Source: Azolla caroliniana (lineage: Eukaryota; Plantae; Polypodiophyta). From it: DNA of 64,000 nt. A program made the translations under genes and the position numbers. Shown piece by piece: positions 12,460 through 24,900 of the stretch (positions within the stretch are counted from its first letter, which is position 1; each line of letters begins with the position of its first letter). The stretch spans positions 1,116,001-1,180,000 of the forward strand of contig JBHGNT010000001.1 in the NCBI GenBank assembly GCA_043228905.1. Direction: 5' to 3'. Below the pieces are notes generated by a model. It did not search any database, was not told where the DNA came from, and worked only from the letters and a program-made list of their open reading frames with translations.

Positions 12460-13824
12460 TCAGTTGACTCTAGTACCTGGAAGGTACATGGAAGCAAATG
12501 CGAGACATAAATTCCAATCCCTTTCATCGCCCCAGCCGCCCCATCCTTTGAAACCTCGATTATAACCACTGATGGTATTATATCTAACATCCCAATGTGG
12601 ATTAATGTTAAGTACCTTATCTTCATCTTCTACAGGAGGGAGATTTCCTCCTTCGTCCAGACATGTACCTTGCCCACTCATTTTCCCCTGATGAAGACCA
12701 CATTTCCCAAAGTGCTGGGCACTTGTCCGTGGTCCTCTTAACGAATATATCTGATCAGCCCATTCAGGATACACGACTGCCCACATGGTTATATCCCAAT
12801 TATAATCATCAAATTTGCAAAATTGTTCCGAATAGGAATGGATCTTTCTCCAGATTGTTCGATTAAATGCATACCCGATGTTCCCAACCTTATCTGCGAT
12901 GAGGCTTGGGATTCTTTCTCCTCGCGACTGAACATTGGCAGGGGCAAGATTCACCATATAGCAATTTGGACATTTACAAGCCTTAAGAGCAGTTAAGGTT
13001 TGTATGTTGAGAAGAGCATTTGGGAGGAGATAATGGTCTTCTTCAATGAAGAGGATATGTTCATGATGTGTCCTTGTCTCGACCAAACCATCCCATACAG
13101 TATTCATCATCCACCACCAATGATGCTTTAGAGAGACTATATGAGGAGCTCGATGGTTTCCATATTGGTCGGGTTTACCATTACAAGTCCGAGGATCTTC
13201 CTTATTTTGACAATCTCCTGGACTAATTCCAGGAAAAGAATCGGTAAATATATGTGGTGAGAAAGGTGCGAAAATTTGTTTAACGCGGCAAAACCGAATG
13301 CTCTCGATGATTGCGTTCATTTCTTCAAAGAATCCATCATGACTAACGATAAGGAGCGACTCCGAGATGCCAATAACCTTAGAGAGACCTTCTATGGCGA
13401 CTCGTAGATATGATGGTCGATTGTGAACATAAAGGACTATGACCATATGATAGGCAGGTAAATGCGGAAAAAGGTCGACATTCCGGGCCGAGAAACCATT
13501 GCGGCGTTGAAGAAGCTTTGACAGAGTGTTCTCTTGGGGAAGAGTGATGTTGGGTCCTCTTTGGATCCATGGAAAATGGTTCGTATCTATGTGTAAATGA
13601 GAAGATTGCTTTGGTTCTTTGACTTCATCTTCCTCTTTCAAAAGTGGGCACAGTTGTTTTAGAAGAGGGTTACCTTTGTTAATGCTCTGCTGCTCTGATT
13701 TCTTGCTGAAGAAAAAGAGGTGAAGGGTCAGGAAGGAGCATACCAACAAGATCTGCAGTGAGAGAGTGATGATGCATCGCTTTGACCTCAGGCGCTTATT
13801 CAGAGATGAAGCTCCAATCCTCAT
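12460..13824 (-). CDS. MGAT2: Alpha-1,6-mannosyl-glycoprotein 2-beta-N-acetylglucosaminyltransferase (GnT-II, GT16), intronless, 454 aa
   Basis: Single ORF with a type-II membrane anchor (IITLSLQILLVCSFLTLHLFFF) and GT16 motifs YVHNRP, SHDG, KHHWWW, EEDHY, FDDYNWD, HFGKCGLH, GWGGWGD. Confidence 0.95.
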   Translation of the reverse strand: MRIGASSLNKRLRSKRCIITLSLQILLVCSFLTLHLFFFSKKSEQQSINKGNPLLKQLCPLLKEEDEVKEPKQSSHLHIDTNHFPWIQRGPNITLPQENTLSKLLQRRNGFSARNVDLFPHLPAYHMVIVLYVHNRPSYLRVAIEGLSKVIGISESLLIVSHDGFFEEMNAIIESIRFCRVKQIFAPFSPHIFTDSFPGISPGDCQNKEDPRTCNGKPDQYGNHRAPHIVSLKHHWWWMMNTVWDGLVETRTHHEHILFIEEDHYLLPNALLNIQTLTALKACKCPNCYMVNLAPANVQSRGERIPSLIADKVGNIGYAFNRTIWRKIHSYSEQFCKFDDYNWDITMWAVVYPEWADQIYSLRGPRTSAQHFGKCGLHQGKMSGQGTCLDEGGNLPPVEDEDKVLNINPHWDVRYNTISGYNRGFKGWGGWGDERDWNLCLAFASMYLPGTRVN

Positions 13825-14165
13825 CTCTGTTCTTTTCTCTTCTGCTTCTTCTTCTTCTTCTTCTCTCTCTCTCTCTGTGCGTGTGTTTTTCTACTTATTT
13901 CTTCTCCCCACGTGGGCGATAATTCAGACACGACAGAAGAAGAAGAAGAAGAAGAAGAAGAGGTGGAGGGGGAGGGGGAGGAGACGAGAGAAAAAATGAC
14001 CCAACTAAAACGTAAGCGTAGAGAAATTAAAGGCTTTGTGTTATTATTACACAAGCTGAAGCTGACCTCCTTCATTGATATGCATACACCGTGTGATCAT
14101 CACATTTGACCCCAACGCACTTCATCTACTCCTTCAAATTCGCGTGTCTCTTGCGCCCGAGCTCC

Positions 14166-14256
14166 TCACTATTCCTCCTGAAACATGCCTACCTCTTCAT
14201 GTCCGCTTTTCATACTCGGACAACAAGAGGTAGGCATGTTTCGGGAGGAATAGTGA
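14166..14256. other. 91-nt inverted repeat / stem-loop
   Basis: TCACTATTCCTCCTGAAACATGCCTACCTCTT pairs with AAGAGGTAGGCATGTTTCGGGAGGAATAGTGA (32 bp, one U-G wobble), plus an inner TGTCCG/CGGACA stem around an 11-nt loop. Confidence 0.85.
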
Positions 14257-16392
14257 TTATCAGTTCTTGTTGACCACGACTAACTTAATGGTTTTTTGTA
14301 AGGCGCTTCCTCATTCATAAATCGTGACTGCTTGTTTGTCTCACTTTGGCCCCCCGGTCATGGCACTATCAAAACGTTTGATTTGGGCCATTGATGTTTC
14401 TTCTTGAGAAGTCCGGGTTATTTCGTTCCAAAAGTTGAGGCTTTATTCACAGATTCTACATTTTGTCTCACTAATGTTATCTCTAGGGAGAGTTGTGTCT
14501 AAGGATTGATGTTCACCCCAAGGAAATTGGGGTTGTAAGGACAATACTAATGTGTATGTGACCATTGGGCCATGTTTTCTGAAGTAGTGAGAACCGGTTG
14601 AAGGGAATAGTCTATAGATTTGTGAACCTTGAGACAAAGGATAGGCCTAGAATGATTTGAACATAGGCACGCTAACTATTGCTTGGTCTAGAAAACAATA
14701 GATATGTGGGATGCTATTGGATAGCAAGGCAAAAAAGTGGGCATTCTATCTCCGTCATTTGAAATTAGCAACACATGCTTGGCTGCTTTGGCCTCAATGA
14801 CATTGATTACATTGAAGATCTCTCACTCTGATGAAACAAAATACAAATCTAGTGAGCCAACACACATTGATTGAGTCTTATTACCAAAAATCTAGCAAAG
14901 GATGAGGATACTAGAAATCTAGAAGTGCCATTGAAGGCAATTGAATGGTGCATATGCTAGCTTCGCATGTGTGATCTATATTCAAGGACTTACCAAGAAG
15001 TATCGGGGACCATCAAGGTCGTAATGGCGGACAAAGCTATATAGATAGAATATTATAAATTCACTCAAGTGAGGGATCAAACGAGGATAGTTGAAGCCAA
15101 AATGTGTAGATGTTGTAACGTGTATTTTTCAATTAAAAGTCAATTGTTGGAAAATACTTTGAGAAGTTGAAGTTTGAATAAAGTTTTTGAAAGGATTCTA
15201 ACCAATTCTTTGTAAAGTCATTCTTGCCTTACAACTACATTAAAAGACACACAAGAAAATTGTGTTACCTTGTCAAAATCCACCACACTACATAAGTACT
15301 CATTGTCAATGCATTTTACCATCTTGTCACCATGAGTATTATAGGGAACATAGGAAAATAACAAGGTCCTATATATTTGTAACGAGGAAAACGTACTTGT
15401 AAATACTCTATATTTGTTCACATTTCCCCAAGGACTCCTACGTTTTTCATTATCAGCCAAAGTTCTTTCTAAGTTCAAGTTAATTTCTTGGTACCCCTAT
15501 CAATCCTTCAACTTTTCTCTCTTTAACCATGTCCTTCTAAACCCTACTTTTTAACACACTTTCCTATAGTCTTCCATTTATGTTAGAAGGCTTTTAATTC
15601 AATATGAGTTTGACCAATTGAAAACTATGGTTGCATGTCTTTTTTATGTTTCTTGATTATGACATTAACGACAAATTCTGTTTGGCATTTGTTTGAGCAT
15701 TACACATTCTGATTAGGCTGTTGATGCTTCACTTGATTCCTTGAGCATGGTAGACCATGTTTGAAGGGGCATTATATAGAAATATATGTTGGGATAGCAT
15801 AGGAACCCAAGATGAATTTGGTAATCTAAATGCAAAATCTATAAGTCACAGTAACTTCAACCAACATGATGATGCCAAGTGGCGTCATATAGCAGAATAG
15901 ATTAAGAAGTTCACATATTGCCCACAAAAAATGGTTGGGCAAGGTATCTGGTCATAAGGGAATGGGGGCTGGTACTTCCATCCAAAACTAATAAATTGAA
16001 TTATCTCTATTTAAACCCATAGGGGTCGCAAATCCATGAAATTCAAATTAATTGCACAAGTGGGGTTCACATTGCATCTTCTTATTGCTTTCTCTCATTT
16101 ATTGAATGAGAAGCAGTCAAATGGCAAAAGTGAAAATTTGGGTCACTTCTAAGTAGAAAAGTTGTAGTTGTGACAAATCAATCTACACACCCATGAACTA
16201 TGGAAATTATGTGGGAATTACACACGTTCTAAAGTACTATCACTTACCGTTCCAACATCGGATCCATTCTTCAAAAGTATTTGAAGTTGTCATTTGGAAA
16301 ATACAAAACAACAATTTCATTAATAATCCTAAATAATATACACATTTGACTTGCAACCTATACCTTACTAATAGAATTCTCCTAGCATATTC

Positions 16393-19300
16393 CTATTCCA
16401 GTGCACTAACAGTTTTACACTTCGGCTTCTTCATCCCTTCTTCAAGGGAGACACCATCCACAGAACATGAAATGTTGTCACAATAAATATACATACGGGA
16501 ACTTGCACCGAATTCAATGACGTCCCCGACTCTTAATGTTCTAGCCATATTCTTCAATATCTTAGCTCCATTTACAAACGTGCCATGAGTAGAGTTGTCC
16601 ACGAGCTGGAAGACCGTCGAACAAGGTGGAGAATCCTTTTCTTGTTCTGGCACGTTTGTCAACAAAGCATGCTGTTCCAAAACGTTCATTCATTCATTCT
16701 ATCTCCCTCACATTCTTGAATCTTCGTTTCCATTAGTTATGACAGTTCTTTCCCATGAAAACTCGATACGACTTGAAGATTTTTAGTAACTCAGACTCAT
16801 TTTCATAAGAATACAAGCTTATTCTAGAGTGTTATGATGAATTTGGATTTGTATACATGTCCTACTCTCTTTTCTAAGAATATTTGATATACTACTAAAT
16901 AGTAATAATAGCCCTTTTTCTTGCCCCTGTCTGCTTATTATGTGTATGTTTTTATAAATATTTTGATAAATGCTAACAATTGTCATTTACATTAAATTAA
17001 GTTCTTTGAAGGAAAATAAAGGACAATATACATACATGACGGGATATTGAAGCATGATCAAGGATCACATTACAGTCTTCTCCTCGACCAAAAGATATCT
17101 TGTTCTTATTGAAAGGAATATTACCGATGCATTGTCCATCCTGGTCGAAATCATATAATTCTGCTTTAGTTTCCTGTTCCATATAGACCAACTATAAAGT
17201 AACTAAATATAATCACCTTCATGATATCGAGATGCAAAAATATAGTTCTATCCAGAATAGGAACGGCAGTAGATTTTAAGATGGAGGAATTAAATCCTGA
17301 TGCAGATGAGTACTCATGCAACGCTGATAAAAAGCCTGGGTTTGGATTGACTTTACTTCGCTGCTCCCGGAGGAACCTTCATTACAATGGAGTAAATTTT
17401 AAGTGACGAAAAGTGAAACATACAATTCAGTCAAACTTCTTTATCCATCTAGCAGATATTTATATCTAAATACTTCATAGAAAATAATGGAATTTGCAAC
17501 TATAACGTGCACATATCTTTTGATACATATGTAACAAATGCATTTCAAAGATGGGAAAGGAATCAAAATGGTCATTCCATGTTATGGTGCGAGGGAACAT
17601 AACAAGAAATGAGAAGCTAATATTTACCACGACTATGATGTGGAAAGGGGGAAGACCATATACAGATGCATGGTTTTACCCAGTTGAATAGTTCTCAATT
17701 TGCATACAAACACTAAATGAAGACATTCATAATTGCAGTTCCAGTCAAATTGTGCCAGAAAGTTCTTCTAGCAACTGATTTTATTCCCAGTTATCAGTGA
17801 GAATATCATTGATACTTGAGATGTGCATTTTCTACTTTTGAAATGAGCATACTTTTCATTTGAAATGTAATTATGACAAAACCATTTGTGGTACACAATA
17901 TGCTCACCATGGCAATGTGCAATCTCTAGACAGGTAGATGCATTAACCTTAACCTGCAGCTGCAGGAAAAGATGTAAGCTTTCTGAAACCTCTAAAAGAT
18001 GAGGTGGCTATGATACCTCAAAATGCATGTTTATATAACATGAATCCAGAAACCCCAATAGCCAGATAAAAACCCTAAGTTTGTGACCATTTACTTACTT
18101 CAATGCATCCTGAACACACCAGTAATTGACGCGCATCAAATATGCAGCACATAATGTGGCAGATCTACTGACTCCAGCACCACAGTGAATTAGAACTCTT
18201 CCCTTATCCTTCTTCGCTTTCTCCACAATCTCATATGTAGGCTCAAAGTACTGTTCAATATCTGCAGATGAAGAATCTGAAAATTCCAAAAGTCCATGGC
18301 ATAAATTATTGGCAATCAGAACTCTTTACATGATATGAATAGAAATTCAGATACACGGGCGATTATCTTATGTATGCTAGTGGTATATACTCATCCATAC
18401 AGGACCCAACTTCCTTCATCTGAAAAGTTATTCACATATTTGAGCATAAAAAATATATCCTTACAGTTAAAACTATATAAATCCATAGATACTTTAATCA
18501 TGATAAAAATATATGTTGTCAGTCAATCTTAACAAAAGTAAAACGCTCCTTTAGTTGCATTATCTATCTCAGAGGTAGCCTTCACTGCTTATCTACTCAA
18601 GCAACATATCTACTCGATGTGGATCAGATTGGAACATAATGAAAAGGACCTATAGCAGATTAATGCTTGGAATAGATTTCTTCAACACACTATTTGTAGA
18701 ACATTTCCTCAATTTGCAGTAGAAAGTAAGGAATATAAATCATAAAAATTCAAGGTTGATGCAATACGTACCTTCTAGTTCGAAGAATGTGTGCTTGAAG
18801 GACTTTGGCAGCTGCAATTGTTCTGTATGTATTGTTAAGACATGAGAAATGTGGAGATTTTTCAGACAGTTTTGGTCTGTAGCATGAGTTAAATCACCTA
18901 GATACAAGAGGCCTGGAACTACCTGCACAAAATTTGTTTTCTCCATAATTTGAATCACAATCCATTTGACCATTGAAAAGAGAATAGTAAATTAAAAGTT
19001 TGAACCCAGGTTACCTCGGTTGGATGGTTCTTAATTTCAGACGATTTTGTTGATTTTGTGATAATAAATGGGTATTCTCGTGCAAATACTGTAAATGCTT
19101 CATCTTCACCTAATGAAAAGATGAAGAGAGAATCAGAAGAAGTATAAACGTTGGGAAGGTTACATGAAAATTCACCTTTTGCTATAAAGGATACAATGCA
19201 ATAGGACAGTTCAGATATGGTTCAAAAAGTACAATATGTCTTGGACAAGAAAATGCAAAAAAAGGAAGAAGAAGAAAACTTGCATTGACGCTTCCGTCAG

Positions 19301-19692
19301 ATATGTTACAGGAAGCACAAAACGAAGGCAGAGAAAGACTTACCATCATCAGAATCATCATTCTCGAGCACATGAATTGATCTAACAAGTCCTTCTTCTT
19401 TCAAGAAGGTGAAGACAGGATGCAACGAGGAGGAAGCTATTGCCTTCTTCCTCTTTCGCGTTGAGCGAGGAGGAGGCAAAACAAGAAGAACATCGCGATC
19501 CCACCAACAGTTAGGATACCATGTAGGAGGGCCAGGGCCAGCAACATAGCAGAGGGACTGTTTGTGGCCAAGGTCAAGGTGGATGCAGACCGAACCACGG
19601 ATATGTCCGGCTGCGTAGGATGCAGAAGATCGAGTGTCGAGGACGAGCACACGAGGCTTGTCCATCAACAGGTTGTAGCTCCGCCATGCCAT
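16393..19692 (-). CDS. Rhodanese/CH2 + dual-specificity phosphatase + FHA domain protein (~438 aa, 7 exons)
   Basis: Exons 19344-19692, 19015-19109, 18772-18922, 18099-18276, 17217-17376, 17036-17140 and 16393-16671 join in phase (1317 nt). Rhodanese motif LVLDTR...YAAGHIRGSV; DSP motifs PTEVVPGLLYLG, ELED, HCGAGVSRS, AYLM, NPNPGF; FHA motifs FGRG, ISRHHA, STHGTFVNG, GDVIEFGASSR. Confidence 0.88.
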
Positions 19693-19899
19693 AGCTCTGT
19701 GTCTCCAGGCTCAGGCTCAGGCTCAGGCTCAGGATCGGCCCCTGCCTCTTGCCAAACCAATATGGAGAGACAGACAGACAGAGAGAAACAGAAAGAGCAG
19801 AAGGTCATGTGTTCAACCCCTACATTCCACATTGAGTGGCATGAATCTAATAAATTAAGAGAATATCTATGAAATACATATTATTCGAGAGGTGAGGAT

Positions 19900-19963
19900 A
19901 AAGTTGGGTTTCGAACACAAGACTTAGGGTTGGTAGTCTAATTAACTTACCACTAGCATGCCT
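19900..19963 (-). other. Possible degenerate tRNA-derived (SINE-like) head
   Basis: Minus strand GGCATGCTAGTGGTAAG...GTGTTCGAAACCC has A-box-like and B-box-like motifs at tRNA spacing; no complete cloverleaf. Confidence 0.3.
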
Positions 19964-21918
19964 ACAGGGCATAATCGCACACACTTCTTACCACCCAATG
20001 CGTGCACAAACATGCCCAAGTGTATATACATTTTGATGATTACACCTAAAATTGATGAACAAACTTGCACTCAGTATGATTCATGACAAATCTCCCAAAG
20101 ACCTCAACATATGAAATTCCTTTTTTCTCTTTCTTTTGGATTTGAGGTTGTCGCTCAATACAAATGGTGGGTTGAATATTCGACATTCTCTTAGTGTAGA
20201 ACAACCCTGTTATGCTCTAACATAGGCCTTCCTAGTCTCCAATGAATACGTCTACCATCTAAACCAAACCCTTTGTCTCTAGTTATCTACAAAAAGACAT
20301 GGACAACATGCCGGCTTTGTAACATGACCATGGTGGAGACATACGAGTGGCAACATCAGATCAAGGGTAACTTCTTTGGGTTACTTTATAGTTATGTGAA
20401 TCTCAAACAAGTTCTACCAAATGATCGATCCCTGCCTTAGGCATTGGGAGTATGCCTAAGCCAACTATTTTGTTATGAAGACCACAACTTTCTTTACACG
20501 CTTACTTCTCTAGGACATATCTCCATAGTGTACATTAATTTCTCGTCACCTTTTGCTACTCTCATGAAAGTTGCAAATTAACGGTAGGAACAATTGTTTT
20601 CCTTTTTTCTGTGTTGTATCCATTGCTTTAGGAAAGATCCATTGCTTTAGGAAAGATTGTAATGCCCACAATGTCAATATTTAGAAAAGGGTGCAAGAAA
20701 CCTATGTGGACAACGCACCTGCAAAGATTACTACCTCCAAGTGGGAGAAACATGTACTACAATTCTCACCCATGTACCTCAACCTACCAAGTTTGTTTAT
20801 GCATTAATAATGGAAGATTGTGCATCCTATATGAATGATTATTTCTCCATTTCAAGGGCTACATTGATTGTCTCAAGAGATTGTTGGGCATGTTTTAATG
20901 AAAGATCCCCGAGTTGGGAGTTTTCCAGCTCCTCTTGAATAGTCAATCTTATTTTTATATTTGAAGTGGATCAAGCTTGCAAATTCTTGCACTCGTTTAC
21001 CTTGCCTCACCATAAGCTTGATAACAATGGGCGCATTTAACCCACCACAACAAGCTTGCTGCTGGAGTTCTGCCTATACAACTAATAGTTTGTGATCCCC
21101 AACTGTCTATGAACAACTGAGTTTGCAAGTTATCCACCAGCACTAAGCAAGATTAGGATTCTTAATGCATGTCTGAAGTTAAACTCACTAATGAAAAGGA
21201 GTATGAAGATATGAATGCTTCATTTATTTCTTCCAGCCATTCTAGACATTGATCTTCGCACATCAACAACGAGGTGTCTGCAATTTAAATGATGATTCCA
21301 AAACCTATAAATAAGTACAGTAAGATCAATTCAATAAGAATACAGGATTCGCTTGTAATCTAGCAACTAAACAATTTACTGCCTTTATTACAAGAATCTG
21401 TGTGACTACTTTATTCACATTGTAATTACATTTGTCAATTTTGACCAACACCTCTCATGTGCACCTCTTTAACTTCATTGTTTCCTTGATCATGCTTCCA
21501 TCCTATCTCGATTATTATCATCATTGCAAAAGGGATATTTCTTGTTCTTTTTCCTTTCCATGGCCATAGCTGTTGCTTTTCTACATATATTACACTGCTG
21601 GGGAAACCCCAATTGCCTACGGAAAATGTAAAATACATATGGGATTCATTAAAACTTATATCGAAGGAGCTTTCTTCCCCTATACTTTTCATGTCAGGGA
21701 AACAATATAATTCAGCTTCTCCATCCCTGACGAGACATCAACAAACTGGCTTACCCCGATTATTTTCTTTTTTTACAAAGAGGAATAACCTCAGGAAATC
21801 GACAAGAATGTACAAATAACAAATGCTGATGATGTCTGACAAAAGTTGAGCTGCATCGCACTGATGATAAAATCAGACATCTGTACAATTATGCCTCCAT
21901 TCTTTACATGGTATGGCA

Positions 21919-24900
21919 TCATTCATTTTCTTCATCCGATAGTTCTGGTTTCAATGTATTTTGAAGAGGATTATGTGCTAATACAGGATGGACCAAAGAC
22001 ATCCTCTGAGCTGGAGCAGGAAGTGCATATACCAAAGACCCTGATGACCCTTCAATAAGGCCAGCAACACCTGCTGCAGCCGATTGAGCATTCGTAGGGA
22101 GAAAGAGATCATGCCTTTGATCTTTGTATGCAGACCATACCTATAATCCAACACAACAAAACACACATATCCTTGTGAGACCCAGGCTCATCAAGCATTT
22201 TCCCCGAATACTCCAAAAGTCTGAGTTAGTTCTAGGCCAACACCCAAAACAGTATACCCGATTTGTTTTCCAAAAATCACCAGAATACCCCCCCCTGCAA
22301 TACAAAGTGTAGTACCGCATAGGAGAGGGATCATTCAGGTGCTTTTGAAAACTTGCGGGTATTTTGGTGTTTTCCCATTTCATTTATATACATACATCGG
22401 ATGAATTCAATATATCTCGCACTCTAACTGAATGAGCACCGTCACTTGCAAAAGCATGCAACACCTACACACGAATAAGAGATCTGGTAAGAAATGAAAC
22501 ACAAACGGCTTATTAAGTGTGCATGGCAACATATAAAGAGCTATGAAGCTAAACCTCAACAGCTAATACTCTTCCAACGGAAGCTTCAGACTCATTCCAC
22601 TTCATTTGTGCACAAAGACCAGTGGTACCTCCTGCTCGCCAATCAAGCAGCCCTAGAAGCACCTGCACTAACCCTGCCCTGTACATGATATGACATCATC
22701 AGATGAATCAGATGAATCTCAAACACTTCTGTCTCAAAATCGATCTGTATGTCAAAGTGTAGAATATTCTCACTTTAACCCTTGTGCAACCAAAGCGTCC
22801 CTTGCACGATTTCCAGCAACTACTACCCTTTTCAGTGTCTCCAGAGCAAGAACGCTGCCACCTTGCCACCCTATTGCTTTCATCAATAGTGGAACCACCT
22901 GTGAATAAAAGATATTCAATAATTAATTTAGGAGTTTCAAGAGAATTCTCCTTAGTAGAGTGAGAAAAATAACCTGAGGAGACCCAATGCCAGTTGTTGC
23001 CATGGCTTCAGCACAAGCAGTGCTAGCAGCCAGCTGATGCAAGACTCTCAAACAGCTTAATCTCACCCTTTCTTGCGAGGTTTGATTTGTTGACATCCCT
23101 CCAACCTCTGACAGTAATAAATCTTCAGAACATTCTCTGGCTACTGCCTCTCCAGATGACATATTTTCTCGCTTGCTTTCATTCGCTGTCGATGCAACTA
23201 GCTTTGGTATATAGCCTAAGTGGGCAACATGATCTGCTAATGATGGATGCACTCTCAATAGAGATACAAGGGCAGCTGATAAAAGCAGTGCGAGCTCAGG
23301 ATCAACAAGCCCATTTCCTTTCACATGAGTCGCTGCCACTGCCGAGGCATACTGATCCAGAAGACCCTCGAGAAAACGCTTCGGATTTCTAAGAGGGAAT
23401 TTCGGATCTTTGAGAAACAATCTTACATAAACACCGCCAACCTGCAAAACTGAGCTAAGTCAATTCACCTCTACAGTGGATAAATACATGTGGCACGTCA
23501 GGAGTTATAGTTTGAACTTCGAAGATTACCTGTGGTTCATCGCGCATCTCCTGATGACCAGATATTTGTTCAGGTAAGTCCCATTCCGCTATACTGCCTT
23601 TACCTTGTTCTCGATAAAGATCAGATGCCATTGTCGAGACCTGGGCACTGAGTGTTGATGCCATGGCTGGACTCCATACAAGCTCTGGGGTCTCAATTGT
23701 CTGTTCAAGTGCTGCAACTACAGCTTCCCCTGGCCCGTCACGTATAGTAGAAACCAGGCCATCTGGAAGGTATCGAGCAAGAGTAATTGCCACCCGAGGA
23801 CCATGCATTGGTTGACCAACAAGCTTTCCCAGCAAGGAAGCGGCAGCTGCTCTCTGCTGGAGAGGTATCTCATCTACAAAATATAAAGCAAAAATTTAAT
23901 GTACTTCGCAACATTACAACTTAGCAATGATATAAAAGATGGGGACGAATGAAATATACTTTGCATGGGAAGTAGAAGTTGAAGTATGTAAATAAATCCT
24001 CCATGCTTTGCAGTAACCCAAGCCAGCTCTGAGGTACTTGCCAAGGCAGACAGAACCCTTAAAGCCCCTGGTCTGCAAGAAGGTGTGCTATGCAAAAGTT
24101 TAAGTACGTGCATCAAACTAGAACGATCAGCCACCATGGCCTCAACACTAGGAGCATGTATTGTTAAGATAGACAGGATATTCAAGCATAATTCTGGCAC
24201 CTCCCCACTAGAACTAGTATCGACAAGACATTCAAATAGTGGTATTAATTGCTCTTTAGAACTGAAGGTTGAGGCAAGGGTTGGAATACTCGTAAGGAGA
24301 TTCTGCAGCACCAAACATGTATATCTGCTGGTCAATGCAAAGAAGTATAGTTGAAATAGAATCAAGCACATTAATGTTTTGAAACGCACCTGAAGTGCTG
24401 TAAGCCCAATGATCAGATCTCTTAAGAAAATTTCTTCTGGTGCCAAAATCTCATGTGGGATCTTCCCACAAGAATCTTTGTCTGCCTCCACTTCGCTTTC
24501 AACTTCTGTCGATGATTCAGAACAAAGTTCTGGCTCATTTGGTACTTCTACGGCAGTATCTTTTGCAATATTCAGCTTTTTTCTCTCCTCTACTAGCTTG
24601 CAGATGAATTTCAGAAGGGACTCACAAAAGAAATCAGCCTGACTAAGTTCATAATCTGGCTGCTCATTGTAAACTCTTAAGTACACTTCACCCACATGAA
24701 GCTCTTTTGCAAGAGATTTATATTTGAAATCCTGTGCCGCTTTCATCTCATACGTACCATCCGGACACTGAGATGCCCGCTGCTCATCCACAAACTTTAA
24801 GAGCTCGCCCCGTGTGGATGAATTCCAAATTACCTACAGGGTTAACCAAGAATTTACTAAATTAAATAGTAAACACTTGAAGGCCGACAACTCAATATCA

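Noticed and set aside
13766-14109. Three overlapping low-complexity ORFs upstream of MGAT2
   Set aside because: Translations of GAA/CT repeats with no domain content.
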